DNA of 64,000 nucleotides, from positions 1-64,000 of the IMG/VR virus record IMGVR_UViG_3300023174_000100; one strand, written 5' to 3'. This DNA comes from a virus. The notes under the pieces were generated by a model. That model saw only the letters and a program-made list of their open reading frames with translations, had not been told where the DNA came from and did no database searches. Shown here piece by piece: positions 9,757 to 19,888 of the stretch. The translations under genes and the position numbers were made by a program. How positions within the stretch are numbered: the stretch's first letter is position 1; every line of letters begins with the position of its first letter.

Positions 9757-11400
9757 ATGGAAAATTTAAACCACATGCTTCCGCATGATTATAATAGAAC
9801 ACAAAAAGCGGAAGCGATGAAATATATAAACAAGTGGGAACCCACTGGTTTATTAGAGGGCTTAGATGAAAAGAGAGAAAAACCGCATTTAGCAGTTCTT
9901 CTAGAAAATCAAGCTCGTCAATTAGTAACTGAGGCTAACAGAACTGGTACTGCATCAAACTCAGAAGAGTGGGCAGGTGTTGCGCTACCTTTAGTACGAA
10001 GAATTTTTTCTTCTATTGCAGCTAAAGATTTTGTTAGCATTCAACCAATGAATTTACCTTCCGGCCTAGTATTCTTTCTAGACTTTAAATATGGAACTTC
10101 TCAACCTGGATTTTTTGCTAATCAAGGAAAAAATTCTCAAAAAGATTCTGTATTTGGTATTACTGACTCTGACAAAGGAGGCACAGCGGGTACTCAAGGT
10201 CTTTATGGCGCGGGAAGATTTAGCTACTCTATTAATGATTATTCTAGTTCTACTTTATCTTTTACAGGTAGTTTAGCTAGAATCAATTCAACTAAGTTTT
10301 TCACAGGCTCTGTGAATATGACTTCTGACATTAATTACGATACTAACTTCTCCGCATCTTACAAGAGCAATACAAAATTAAGGAAGATATATGTTTCTAC
10401 TGATTCTGTTTCCGGATTCGATCCATTGGGTGTTAGAGCATTTACAGTAACTGGAACTAACATTAACGATACTTTTCAACAGTTTACATCCTATGATTTA
10501 ACTAATAACAGAATTGTATTTATTGTTTCTGGTTCTACCACAATGTCTAGTGTTAAGGTAAATTACCACAAACAGCCTACAGATATTACTAGAGGTGATT
10601 TTGAAGAAGGTAAAACTCAAGCCGGAGGAGCAAATCAAGATTTACCAATTCCGGAAATTAATTTGGAAATGCGCTCTGAAGCCATTACGTCTAAAACTCG
10701 TAAGTTAAAGGCAAAATGGACCCCAGAATTCGCGCAAGACCTTAATGCATATCACTCTATTGATGCTGAAGCTGAATTAACTTCTATGCTTTCTGAATAT
10801 ATTTCTCAAGAAATTGATTTAGAGATTTTAGATATGTTAGTTTCAGAAGCTCAAACAGTAGAGCGCTGGTCTGCAAGAATAGGATTTACATATGATCCGG
10901 GTACTACCGCATTTACAAACTCTGCTACTACAGGACAATTCTACAATCAAGGCACTTGGTTCCAAACTATCGGAACTAAAATGCAAAAAGTATCTAATGA
11001 AATTCATAGATTAACAATGAGAGGAGGTGCTAACTTTATTGTTACTTCTCCAACTATTGCTACAATTCTAGAATCAATCCCAGGATACGCAGCTGACACT
11101 AATGGTGATCAAGCTAAATTTGCAATGGGTGTTCAGAAAGTAGGTTTGTTAAATAGCAGATTTACAGTATACAAGAATCCATATATGACAGAGAACTTAT
11201 TATTGATGGGCTATAGAGGCGCACAATTCCTAGAAACAGGAGCTGTTTACGCACCATACATTCCATTGATTATGACTCCTCTTGTATATGATCCTGAAAA
11301 CTTCACACCAAGAAAAGGTATCATGACGAGATATGCTAAGAAAATGGTTCGTCCTGAATACTATGGTAAGATTTATGTTCATGGATTAGATTCCTTATAA
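9757..11400 (+). CDS. Major capsid protein (T4 gp23-like)
   Basis: LLENQ, PLVRR, IQPMNLPSGLVFFLDF, KTRKLKAKWTPEFAQDLNAYH, YAPYIPL and FTPRKGIMTRYA motifs. Confidence 0.97.
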   Translation: MENLNHMLPHDYNRTQKAEAMKYINKWEPTGLLEGLDEKREKPHLAVLLENQARQLVTEANRTGTASNSEEWAGVALPLVRRIFSSIAAKDFVSIQPMNLPSGLVFFLDFKYGTSQPGFFANQGKNSQKDSVFGITDSDKGGTAGTQGLYGAGRFSYSINDYSSSTLSFTGSLARINSTKFFTGSVNMTSDINYDTNFSASYKSNTKLRKIYVSTDSVSGFDPLGVRAFTVTGTNINDTFQQFTSYDLTNNRIVFIVSGSTTMSSVKVNYHKQPTDITRGDFEEGKTQAGGANQDLPIPEINLEMRSEAITSKTRKLKAKWTPEFAQDLNAYHSIDAEAELTSMLSEYISQEIDLEILDMLVSEAQTVERWSARIGFTYDPGTTAFTNSATTGQFYNQGTWFQTIGTKMQKVSNEIHRLTMRGGANFIVTSPTIATILESIPGYAADTNGDQAKFAMGVQKVGLLNSRFTVYKNPYMTENLLLMGYRGAQFLETGAVYAPYIPLIMTPLVYDPENFTPRKGIMTRYAKKMVRPEYYGKIYVHGLDSL

Positions 11401-11432
11401 TCGACATAGTTTAAAGTTAAATTTGAATATAG

Positions 11433-11462
11433 AAGCGAGGCCCTAAAAAGCCTCGCTTTTTT
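11433..11462 (+). terminator. Rho-independent terminator after MCP
   Basis: aagcgaggc-cctaaaaa-gcctcgctt stem-loop running into a T-tract. Confidence 0.85.
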
Positions 11463-11491
11463 AGTTTACTTAAACTAATTATAAAATTCAT

Positions 11492-11779
11492 ATGTTATTA
11501 AAAATAAAAAATATGACGAACATAAACAAAAAAGTAAAAGAACTAAACAAAATTAATTTAAAAATTGAAGAGTTAAATAATAGTTTATCGGAGGATTCTA
11601 GTAAAGAAGTAGAAATATTGAAAAAAATAAAAAAGCTAGAACAAGATAAAAGATTGTGCGAAAAATTATTAAATAATATAAATTTTTTATATATTCATAA
11701 AACCGTTGATGATTCTTACATCAAATTAAAAAAATCTCCCGCCATAAAAAAAGATGGAGTTTATGTAAGCAAATACTAA
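11492..11779 (+). CDS. Hypothetical coiled-coil protein
   Basis: 95-aa ORF filling the gap between the terminator and phoH. Confidence 0.5.
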   Translation: MLLKIKNMTNINKKVKELNKINLKIEELNNSLSEDSSKEVEILKKIKKLEQDKRLCEKLLNNINFLYIHKTVDDSYIKLKKSPAIKKDGVYVSKY

Positions 11780-11809
11780 ATTTAAGATTATACTTATTAT
11801 AAAAACTTC

Positions 11810-12469
11810 ATGACTGAAAACACAGAAAAGAGAGTACCTAAAAATCCGGTAAAATTTGACATTCAATTATCTAACGACCAAAAAGAAGCAAAGGAAAAAA
11901 TTTTAACACACCCAGTAAATTTTATTTTAGGAAAACCAGGAAGTGGAAAAACGTTATTAGCAACACAAATAGCTTTAGATAAATTTTTTAGAAGAGAAAT
12001 AAACAAGATAGTTATAACAAGACCTATGGTGGCAACAGAAGAAATGGGTTTTTTACCAGGAACACTAGAAGAAAAATTAGAACCTTGGATTGTTCCAATA
12101 AAAGACAACATAACTAAAGCCTATTCTAAACAATCCGCCGTAGAAAGGTTATATACTGATAAATCTGTCGAGTTAGTAACCTTAGCACACTTTAGAGGTA
12201 GAACATTTGACGATTCTGTTTGTATTATAGATGAGTTCCAGAATTTAACAAAAGAGCAATTATCGATGTGCATTAGTAGACTAGGAAAAAATACAATCAT
12301 GATTTTTGCAGGCGATCAAAACCAGATAGATTTAAGACATAAAGAACAGTCTGCTTTTCACCTTATATCAGTTATAAATCAGAGTAAGTATGTAAATTGC
12401 GTTACTCTTTCAACAAATCACAGACACGAAGCTTTAGAAGATATATTTAAATATCTTTACCCTAATTAA
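11810..12469 (+). CDS. phoH: PhoH-family ATPase
   Basis: GKPGSGKT, ITRP, GFLPGTLEEK, FRGRTF, IIDEFQN and GDQNQID motifs. Confidence 0.95.
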   Translation: MTENTEKRVPKNPVKFDIQLSNDQKEAKEKILTHPVNFILGKPGSGKTLLATQIALDKFFRREINKIVITRPMVATEEMGFLPGTLEEKLEPWIVPIKDNITKAYSKQSAVERLYTDKSVELVTLAHFRGRTFDDSVCIIDEFQNLTKEQLSMCISRLGKNTIMIFAGDQNQIDLRHKEQSAFHLISVINQSKYVNCVTLSTNHRHEALEDIFKYLYPN

Positions 12470-12477
12470 TTTCATTT

Positions 12478-14787
12478 ATGACAATTAAGTTTTATATTGG
12501 TTATTACTCTCATTTTGATGCCGGCGGAGATAATTTCGCCGGCACTGAATGGGCCCTACGTCACCTCTCAGAAGCTTTATTTGATTTAGGGCACTCTGTG
12601 TTTATTACAGGGGAAATAGTTCAGGAGAGTGTCTTGAATGGCGTTATTTACACAAATAATTACAATACAAGAGCGGACATTTTAATTGCTTTAAATTATA
12701 CACATTACATTGATTTAATTTCAGAGGATTCATATGATTATTCTTATTTTTGGATTCACAATGTAGATACGTTTTTTTACAATTACTATAAAGGTAAAGA
12801 AATAAAAGAATTAGAAAGTAGGGTATTCAATCATCCTAAATTTAAAAGTGTTATATGTGTATCTAAATATCATCAGAAAGAATTTAATTTAAACTTTGAA
12901 CATGTAAATTCTATCATTTCTTATAATGCGGTAAAAACAATAGAAAAATCAAATAAATTAAAAATTGATGATTCTTACATTTATATATCACATGCAGAAA
13001 GAGGATTAAATGAAATTTTAATACATTGGAGAAAGATTTTATATTATAAGCCAATGTCAAAATTATACATATTATCGCCTAAATATGGAGAAGATTTTTA
13101 TAATAAACATTTCTCTCATGTAAAAAACACTTATAATAATGTATATTTTTATGGTTCTCTAAAAAAAGATGAATTAATTTCTTTTGCAAGTAATAAAAAG
13201 TATTGGCTATATCCTTCAAATTATGATGAAACATTTTGTGTATCTGCTGTTGAAATGCAAATGTTAGGATTAATTCCAATTACTAGATTAAGAGCCGGAT
13301 TAAAGGAAACTGTTTTTAATTATATAGATTTTGATTCTTGGCTATCTTGTGTAACTAGTAATCAAAATTTTACTATTTTAAAAAATTCTTTCAATAGTAA
13401 TATTTCAATTGATGATTTTAAACCTATTGTTGTTGCTAATAAACTAATTCATAAAATAATGGAAAATATTGATAATAAAATTAATGAAGTCATGGATAAT
13501 AAATTGAATATCGATGCTGTATATGTAATATCTTTTGATGTTTCTGATGATGCAGTAAATAAGTACACCGCGGAATTTAATAAGCTAGGAATTATACCAA
13601 AACAATTTCATATATTTAAAGCTGTAGATGGTAGAAATCCTAAAGTAAATTTTAAATGGAATCTTTTCAATAATTGGAAAATAGATAATCATAGTAATTC
13701 ATATTATAATCGGGACATTTTACCAGGAGAAATTGGATGTGCTTTATCTCATTTGTCTGTTTGGAAAGATGCAAAAAGTAAAAATTATGAAAGCATCTTA
13801 ATATTAGAGGATGATTTTAAAGTAGATAAAGAGTTCCCCGCGAAAGAAATAGCATTATATGAGTGGGGCTTATTGTATTTAGGAAGGCAAAAAATCGGCG
13901 GGGACACAGACATACAAAATGAATTATATGTATCACCAGGATACTCATGGTTATCACATGCTTATATGTTATCTAAAACAGGATTAGATAGAATATTAGA
14001 ACAAAATCTAGAATCATATATCATGCCTTTAGATGATTTCTTAGCATGTACATATTCAATAAACATAGAAAGATCAGATTTAGGACATATATGGAGAGAC
14101 ATGATTGCATATGCTTTAAAAGAATCTATAGTAAGTCAAACAAGTAATAATAAAACAAGCAAAACAGAAAGTAATTCATTTGCATCTCCTATATATTTAA
14201 CAAAAGATTTTAATGCATGGTCAACATCTTTTATAAATCCTGCATTGAAAAATAAAGAATATGATTTAATTGTAGATGAACCTATACCTGATGTCCTACA
14301 TTTACATGCTTTCAAGAATAACTTTTGCAATGAAGTCATAAGATTAGCAGAAGATTGTGGAAAATGGACAAAAGATAGACATTATTTTTATCCAACTCAT
14401 GACATGCTAATCAATGAATTTCAATTACATGATGCTTATGACATGTTTTTAAATGAGTACATATATCCATTAATAAAATCTAATTTTGTATTAACTGGAG
14501 AAAAATGGAAAAAATTTAGCTCTGAAAACTTTATTATAAAATACACCCCGGAAAATCAAGGACATCTATCACTACACCACGATGATTCCGCATTCTCTAC
14601 CGTTCTTACCTTAAACGAAGACTTTGAAGGAGGAGGTACCTGGTTCTCAAAACAAAAAGCACTAGTCAAAGGAACTACAGGAGAAATTACTATCCATCCG
14701 GGTCAAATAACGCATAGACACGGAGCTAGACCCGTTTTATCCGGAACTAGATATGTCCTTGTTTCATTTATTAGACAGGTATATTAA
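12478..14787 (+). CDS. Three-domain enzyme: GT4-like glycosyltransferase + GT25 glycosyltransferase + PLOD-type 2OG-Fe(II) lysyl-hydroxylase-like domain
   Basis: GT4: AGTE, HAERGL, YPSNYDETFCVSAVE. GT25: AVDG, GEIGCALSH, LILEDD, LLYLGR, HAYMLS, MPLDDFL. Oxygenase: EPIPDV, NFIIKYTPENQ, LHHDDS, FEGGGTWF, HPGQITHRHG, GTRYVLVSF. Confidence 0.88.
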   Translation: MTIKFYIGYYSHFDAGGDNFAGTEWALRHLSEALFDLGHSVFITGEIVQESVLNGVIYTNNYNTRADILIALNYTHYIDLISEDSYDYSYFWIHNVDTFFYNYYKGKEIKELESRVFNHPKFKSVICVSKYHQKEFNLNFEHVNSIISYNAVKTIEKSNKLKIDDSYIYISHAERGLNEILIHWRKILYYKPMSKLYILSPKYGEDFYNKHFSHVKNTYNNVYFYGSLKKDELISFASNKKYWLYPSNYDETFCVSAVEMQMLGLIPITRLRAGLKETVFNYIDFDSWLSCVTSNQNFTILKNSFNSNISIDDFKPIVVANKLIHKIMENIDNKINEVMDNKLNIDAVYVISFDVSDDAVNKYTAEFNKLGIIPKQFHIFKAVDGRNPKVNFKWNLFNNWKIDNHSNSYYNRDILPGEIGCALSHLSVWKDAKSKNYESILILEDDFKVDKEFPAKEIALYEWGLLYLGRQKIGGDTDIQNELYVSPGYSWLSHAYMLSKTGLDRILEQNLESYIMPLDDFLACTYSINIERSDLGHIWRDMIAYALKESIVSQTSNNKTSKTESNSFASPIYLTKDFNAWSTSFINPALKNKEYDLIVDEPIPDVLHLHAFKNNFCNEVIRLAEDCGKWTKDRHYFYPTHDMLINEFQLHDAYDMFLNEYIYPLIKSNFVLTGEKWKKFSSENFIIKYTPENQGHLSLHHDDSAFSTVLTLNEDFEGGGTWFSKQKALVKGTTGEITIHPGQITHRHGARPVLSGTRYVLVSFIRQVY

Positions 14788-14823
14788 GTATTGCCAAACT
14801 TAAATAAAATAATTCCACTAGAC

Positions 14824-14830
14824 TATTTAT
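14824..14830 (+). promoter_or_regulatory. Intergenic TATTTAT motif upstream of neck gene
   Basis: gacTATTTATtgt, 13 nt before the ATG. Confidence 0.5.
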
Positions 14831-14842
14831 TGTAAAACACAG

Positions 14843-16003
14843 ATGGCAGTTCATATACCTATTTGGCCTGGAAGCGGTAGTGCAGTATCTGGATCTACTC
14901 CTTTTGGTATTTTCGATAAAGATATTAATTTTCAAAATGACGCGCCCAAAGTAGCCGTATGGTGCGCAAGAAGACTTGGATATCCTTTAACTGATATAGA
15001 ATTACAAGATATAAATTTTTACACTGCTTTCGAAGAGGCTATTTCGGAGTATAGCAATCAAGTCAATGCTCACTCCGCAAAAGACAATATATTAGGATTA
15101 ATGGGATTCAATACGGGTTCCCTTAGATTAGAAAAAGAACTAGTAACAAATTCAATAGCAGGTATTTTAGAAATATCCGCTGAATATGGTACGGAAGTGG
15201 GAGTAGGAGGTAGAACTACATTTTATACAGGCTCTATACTAGTAAAAGAAGGAAAACAAGTATATAGCTTACTAGACCCTACTAGAGTTTCATTAGAGTC
15301 CGGCAATCCTGCTACAGACAAGTTCGTAATAAGAAAAATGTTCCACAATGCTCCGCCTGCTATTGTAAAATATTTTGACCCGTTTGTAGGAACAGGTTTA
15401 GGTACTCAAAACTTACTAGACCAGTTTGGATTTGGTAATTATAGCCCTGGAGTTAATTTCTTATTGATGCCTTTACATCACGATATTCTTAGGATGCAGG
15501 CCATAGAATTTAATGACCAAATAAGAAAATCTGCATACGGTTTTGAAATTATAAACAATAGAATTCGTATATTTCCTACTCCTGCAAAAGAATATAAGAT
15601 TTGGTTTGAGTATACTTTAGATTCCGAGTATAAAAATGCAAATAGAGGAGGAAAAGGTAAAATTAATAGTCACGCTACAATACCTTATTTTACCTTACCT
15701 TATTCTAGCATAAATGATATAGGTAAGCAATGGATAAAAAAATATACTCTAGTTTTATCTAAAGAAATGTTAGCTTACGTTAGAGGAAAGTATAAGACAT
15801 TACCCGGATTAGAAGATGAGATTACCCTAAATACAGAAGATTTAATGTATTCGGTAAATGAAGAGAAACAAAGGCTAATTGATGTACTTAGAATAGAATT
15901 AGATCAATTTAGTCGACAATCTCAACTAGAAAGAAAAATGGCTGAATCGGAAGCTCACGAAAAATTCTTATCTGTAATTCCTCTTAAAATATACATAGGA
16001 TAA
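14843..16003 (+). CDS. Neck protein (T4 gp13-like)
   Basis: RRLGYPLTDIEL, WIKKYTLVLSKEMLAYVRGKY and C-terminal PLKIYIG. Confidence 0.85.
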   Translation: MAVHIPIWPGSGSAVSGSTPFGIFDKDINFQNDAPKVAVWCARRLGYPLTDIELQDINFYTAFEEAISEYSNQVNAHSAKDNILGLMGFNTGSLRLEKELVTNSIAGILEISAEYGTEVGVGGRTTFYTGSILVKEGKQVYSLLDPTRVSLESGNPATDKFVIRKMFHNAPPAIVKYFDPFVGTGLGTQNLLDQFGFGNYSPGVNFLLMPLHHDILRMQAIEFNDQIRKSAYGFEIINNRIRIFPTPAKEYKIWFEYTLDSEYKNANRGGKGKINSHATIPYFTLPYSSINDIGKQWIKKYTLVLSKEMLAYVRGKYKTLPGLEDEITLNTEDLMYSVNEEKQRLIDVLRIELDQFSRQSQLERKMAESEAHEKFLSVIPLKIYIG

Positions 16004-16539
16004 TGGCACTATTTGGAAGTGGTAGAGACGCATCATTAGTTAGGAGCATAAATAAAGAAAGAGTCAATAAAGTAATTGCCTTAGAAATAGAACTTTATAA
16101 ATTATCAAGAGAAGATACCAAAGAAAACATATATAGAGAAGCCCCCAATAAAGTATATTATAATTCTACTAGACTTAATTGTATAGTAAAAAGAGGAGTA
16201 AAAGAAACTATAGATACCGATTTTGGTTTGGATTTTGAAAGAAATGCTACTTTTTATTTTTTAAGAGATGATTTAATAGAGAGGAATTTAGTTATAGAAC
16301 CGGGAGATTATGTTTTTTTCGATATGGATTTTTATGAGTTAAACAATGTATTTTCTGATAACGCCTGGTTTGGTAGAAATCCCGAAACTTATATACCGCA
16401 CGTTTTAGGAGAAGAATCGGAATTTGGTTATAATATATCAGTCATAGCCGAAGCACATCTTAGCAGAAAAACAAATCTTACTACAACAGATTATAGGTCT
16501 GGTATTAATGATGCGTATGATGAACTAAATAAATATTAA
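16003..16539 (+). CDS. Neck/head-closure protein (T4 gp14-like)
   Basis: Follows gp13; ENIYRE, DFGLD, EPGDYV...YEL pattern. Confidence 0.75.
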   Translation: MALFGSGRDASLVRSINKERVNKVIALEIELYKLSREDTKENIYREAPNKVYYNSTRLNCIVKRGVKETIDTDFGLDFERNATFYFLRDDLIERNLVIEPGDYVFFDMDFYELNNVFSDNAWFGRNPETYIPHVLGEESEFGYNISVIAEAHLSRKTNLTTTDYRSGINDAYDELNKY

Positions 16540-16540
16540 A

Positions 16541-17317
16541 ATGGCTAAATCTACGATAAATCCTACCGTATATAATCAACTATATAGGAATCAAGTAAAT
16601 AGAGCGGAGCAAATTAGAGAAGACAATGATTACATTAAAGTCCCTGAAATTACTATATATGACGTGGATTATGCTATTTTACACTATCTTAGAAATTCCA
16701 TAAAACCTGAAGTACAAGACAGGGATAGAATGATTGATGTCCCTGTAATGTATGCAAGCGGAGAAATATGGTCTCAAATCCAATCAAATGGTTTTATGAG
16801 AGACGAAAAAAACAAATTACTTTGCCCTGTAATGACTCTTTCTAGAACAAGAATGGAGGAGTATAAAGACTTTGCTAAACTTGATGTAAACAATAGAGTA
16901 TCTAGTAGAGTATATCATTCGTTAGGATATACTCAAACAAATGACAGACATGCCCTGTCAAATAGATTAGATTTAGAATTACCAAAAGCTGAAATATATA
17001 CAATACTTATACCTGAATATTATTATGTCTATTATGATTTAATTATTTGGACTGATTTTAATGAACAATTGAATAAAGTAGTTGAACAAATAATACCTGT
17101 AAATAATTTTGTATGGGGAAATGATTATCAATTTGTAACTAATGTAGAGGACTTTTATTTCTCTACCGTTAACATATCAAAACAAGAAAGAATTGTAAAA
17201 GCATCTACTAAACTTAGAGTTCTTGCGACTCTTATGCCTGCTTATGTAGAAAGAAAATCATCAATTCAAAAAGCATTTTCCATAAAGAAAGTAAATATGA
17301 GAGAAAGATTATTCTAA
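16541..17317 (+). CDS. Tail terminator/sheath stabiliser (T4 gp15-like)
   Basis: VPVMYASGEIW and YDLIIWTDFNEQLNKVVEQI; lies between neck and sheath genes. Confidence 0.75.
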   Translation: MAKSTINPTVYNQLYRNQVNRAEQIREDNDYIKVPEITIYDVDYAILHYLRNSIKPEVQDRDRMIDVPVMYASGEIWSQIQSNGFMRDEKNKLLCPVMTLSRTRMEEYKDFAKLDVNNRVSSRVYHSLGYTQTNDRHALSNRLDLELPKAEIYTILIPEYYYVYYDLIIWTDFNEQLNKVVEQIIPVNNFVWGNDYQFVTNVEDFYFSTVNISKQERIVKASTKLRVLATLMPAYVERKSSIQKAFSIKKVNMRERLF

Positions 17318-17352
17318 TTTTATTTTTTTAATTGTTTGAGATTTTTAAAACA

Positions 17353-17359
17353 TATTTAT
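17353..17359 (+). promoter_or_regulatory. Intergenic TATTTAT motif upstream of sheath gene
   Basis: acaTATTTATatc. Confidence 0.5.
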
Positions 17360-17418
17360 ATCAAATGAGAATTAATTAATAATTCTTGATATAATAATTA
17401 ATTGACAAAAACAAAAAA

Positions 17419-19281
17419 ATGGCAGAAAGAATAGTCAGTCCTGGCGTATTTACAAGAGAAAAAGACCTGAGTTTTCTCCCCTTAGAAATACAAGCCATCG
17501 GAGCGGCGGTTGTTGGTCCTACGTTAAAAGGCCCTGCATTCGTCCCTACCACAATTTCTTCTTACGAAGAGTACTTACGAGCTTTTGGCGGACCTTTTAG
17601 TTCAGGTTCTGGCACCTCCGAAAGGCAATACAAATTCCTAACAGATTACGTTGCACAAGAATATTTGCGATATGCTGAAAATCTTACTGTTGTTCGAGTT
17701 TTAGCAGGAGACTATAAATACGCTAGTTCAAATGTAGTTTCAAGAGGAGCTTATGCAGCAGCTCCTGCCGGAATAAAAACAAATTTAACAGGCTCTTATT
17801 TTACATCAGCAAATCAAACTTTTAAAATCACCTTAGTCTCTCCTGGAAACTTTGGCAATAGCGCGTTAACTTCAATAGCTTCTAATAACGGAATAGGAAG
17901 TCCGGCAGATGATAAAACAGGAGGCGTACTTAATATTGGTAACAGAGAAAACTTGAGATGGGAAATTAGAGACGTAAACACAGATTTAGGTACCTTTGAT
18001 TTATATATTAGAAGAGGGGACGACAGACATAACAGAAAAGTAATTGTAGAGCAATATAATGATTTAACTCTAGATCCTAATGATACTAACTATATAGGAA
18101 GAGTAATCGGAGATCAGATGTATACTCTTAGATATGATTCCGATGGAGTTCCTTTCTTACAATTAAGCGGTTCATTTCCTAATCGTTCAAGATACATTAG
18201 AGTTGAGGTATTTAAAGAAAACTACAACTATTTAAACGAAAATGGTCAGATAAGAGTCCCTGCTTTCTCTAGTAGTTTACCAGCCGCTGTTTCAGGTACT
18301 TTTTCAGGAGGATCAGATGGATATGTAAAACACCCTAGATTATTTTTTGATAAAATTACCGGACAAAATAGCCAAGGATTTAATTTAGATGATTTAGCAG
18401 GAGGTGCATCCGGGTCTACTGCATATTTAGACGCAATTGATATCTTAGCTAATGCTGATGAATACGATATCAATATGTTACTTATGCCAGGAATTATAGA
18501 TGGTGTAGGAGAGCAGCACGGGGAAATAATCACGAAGGCAATAGCGATGATAGAAAATAGAGGTGATGTTTTTATGGTAGTTGATCCTACTAGATACGGT
18601 GACACTATTGGACAAGCCATAAATGCAGCACTAGCTAGAAATACTTCTTATGCAGCTTATTATTATCCGTGGGTTCAAATCGCAGATGCTGATTTAGGTA
18701 GAAACGTATGGGTTCCACCGTCTACTGTGGTATCTGGAGTAATTGCATTCAACGACTATGTTCAATTTCCATGGTACGCACCAGCAGGTTTAAATAGAGG
18801 TGCTATTGACGTAGCTCTACAGGCAGAGAGAAAATTAACTTTAGGCGACAGAGACAAACTATACACTTATAACATCAATCCTATAGCTACTTATCCAAGA
18901 GAAGGAGTAGTCGTTTGGGGTCAAAAGACACTTCAAAAGAAAAGGTCTGCTTTAGATAGAGTAAATGTTAGAAGATTGTTAATAGCAGCCAAAAAATTTA
19001 TTGCGTCTTCTTCTAGATATTTAGTATTTGAGCAAAATACTAAAGAGACAAGACTTAGATTCTTAAGTATTGTAGAACCTTATTTAGAAAGTGTTAGAAG
19101 AAATCAGGGTCTTTTCGACTTTAGAGTAATTATGGATGAATCTAATAATACTCCTGACGTAGTTGACAGAAATGAGCTAAGAGGTGCTATTTATTTAAAA
19201 CCGACTAGAACTGCGGAATTCATAATCTTAGATTTCTTTGTGTTACCTACGGGAGCTTCTTTCCCTGGTGATACAGAATAA
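17419..19281 (+). CDS. Contractile tail sheath protein (T4 gp18-like)
   Basis: SPGVFTREKD, YYPWV, WYAPAGLNRG, INPI, WGQKTL, RVNVRRLL and YLKPTRTAEFI motifs. Confidence 0.97.
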   Translation: MAERIVSPGVFTREKDLSFLPLEIQAIGAAVVGPTLKGPAFVPTTISSYEEYLRAFGGPFSSGSGTSERQYKFLTDYVAQEYLRYAENLTVVRVLAGDYKYASSNVVSRGAYAAAPAGIKTNLTGSYFTSANQTFKITLVSPGNFGNSALTSIASNNGIGSPADDKTGGVLNIGNRENLRWEIRDVNTDLGTFDLYIRRGDDRHNRKVIVEQYNDLTLDPNDTNYIGRVIGDQMYTLRYDSDGVPFLQLSGSFPNRSRYIRVEVFKENYNYLNENGQIRVPAFSSSLPAAVSGTFSGGSDGYVKHPRLFFDKITGQNSQGFNLDDLAGGASGSTAYLDAIDILANADEYDINMLLMPGIIDGVGEQHGEIITKAIAMIENRGDVFMVVDPTRYGDTIGQAINAALARNTSYAAYYYPWVQIADADLGRNVWVPPSTVVSGVIAFNDYVQFPWYAPAGLNRGAIDVALQAERKLTLGDRDKLYTYNINPIATYPREGVVVWGQKTLQKKRSALDRVNVRRLLIAAKKFIASSSRYLVFEQNTKETRLRFLSIVEPYLESVRRNQGLFDFRVIMDESNNTPDVVDRNELRGAIYLKPTRTAEFIILDFFVLPTGASFPGDTE

Positions 19282-19300
19282 ACAAAAAAAATAACATAAA

Positions 19301-19873
19301 ATGGCATTTGAATATAAACCATTTGAATATTTTAACCCTAAGCAGCAGATGAGATACGTACTCTTCCTGACTAACGTCGGAGTACCTATTCCTACTTATA
19401 TGGTTAAAACAGCAGACAGACCCTCTATAGACCAAAACCCAGTAACTGTAGACTATGTAAATACAGAATTTAAGGTAAAAGGAAAATCTAGATGGCAAGA
19501 TATAGCAGTGACACTCTATGATCCTATTGAAGCTAATGGAGCAAAATTACTTCATGATTGGATAAGTCTTTTCCACCATAATTCAGGATTAAATCAATCA
19601 CCGGCAGGGAGAACTCCGGGTCTTTTAACTCCAGGTGAAGATGGTTTCATCCATGAATATAAGAGAACGCTTACATTTCAAGCACTTACTCCTCATGGTG
19701 ACGTAGCTGATACTTTTACTCTGTACGGCTCTTTTGTCGCAGATGCTAAATGGGGTAACATGGACTTATCATCTGATGATTTAAATATGTTGGATTTAAC
19801 AATCACTTATGATTATGCAGTGATGGATCCCACTAAAAACAAAGTTGTTACTACCGGAAAGGTAGACGCATAA
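19301..19873 (+). CDS. Tail tube protein (gp19-like), paralogue 1, probably the major tube protein
   Basis: Follows sheath; KGKSRWQDIAVTLYDP, WGNMDLS, LTITYDYA; followed by a strong hairpin. Confidence 0.88.
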   Translation: MAFEYKPFEYFNPKQQMRYVLFLTNVGVPIPTYMVKTADRPSIDQNPVTVDYVNTEFKVKGKSRWQDIAVTLYDPIEANGAKLLHDWISLFHHNSGLNQSPAGRTPGLLTPGEDGFIHEYKRTLTFQALTPHGDVADTFTLYGSFVADAKWGNMDLSSDDLNMLDLTITYDYAVMDPTKNKVVTTGKVDA

Positions 19874-19888
19874 ATATATTAAAAATTG

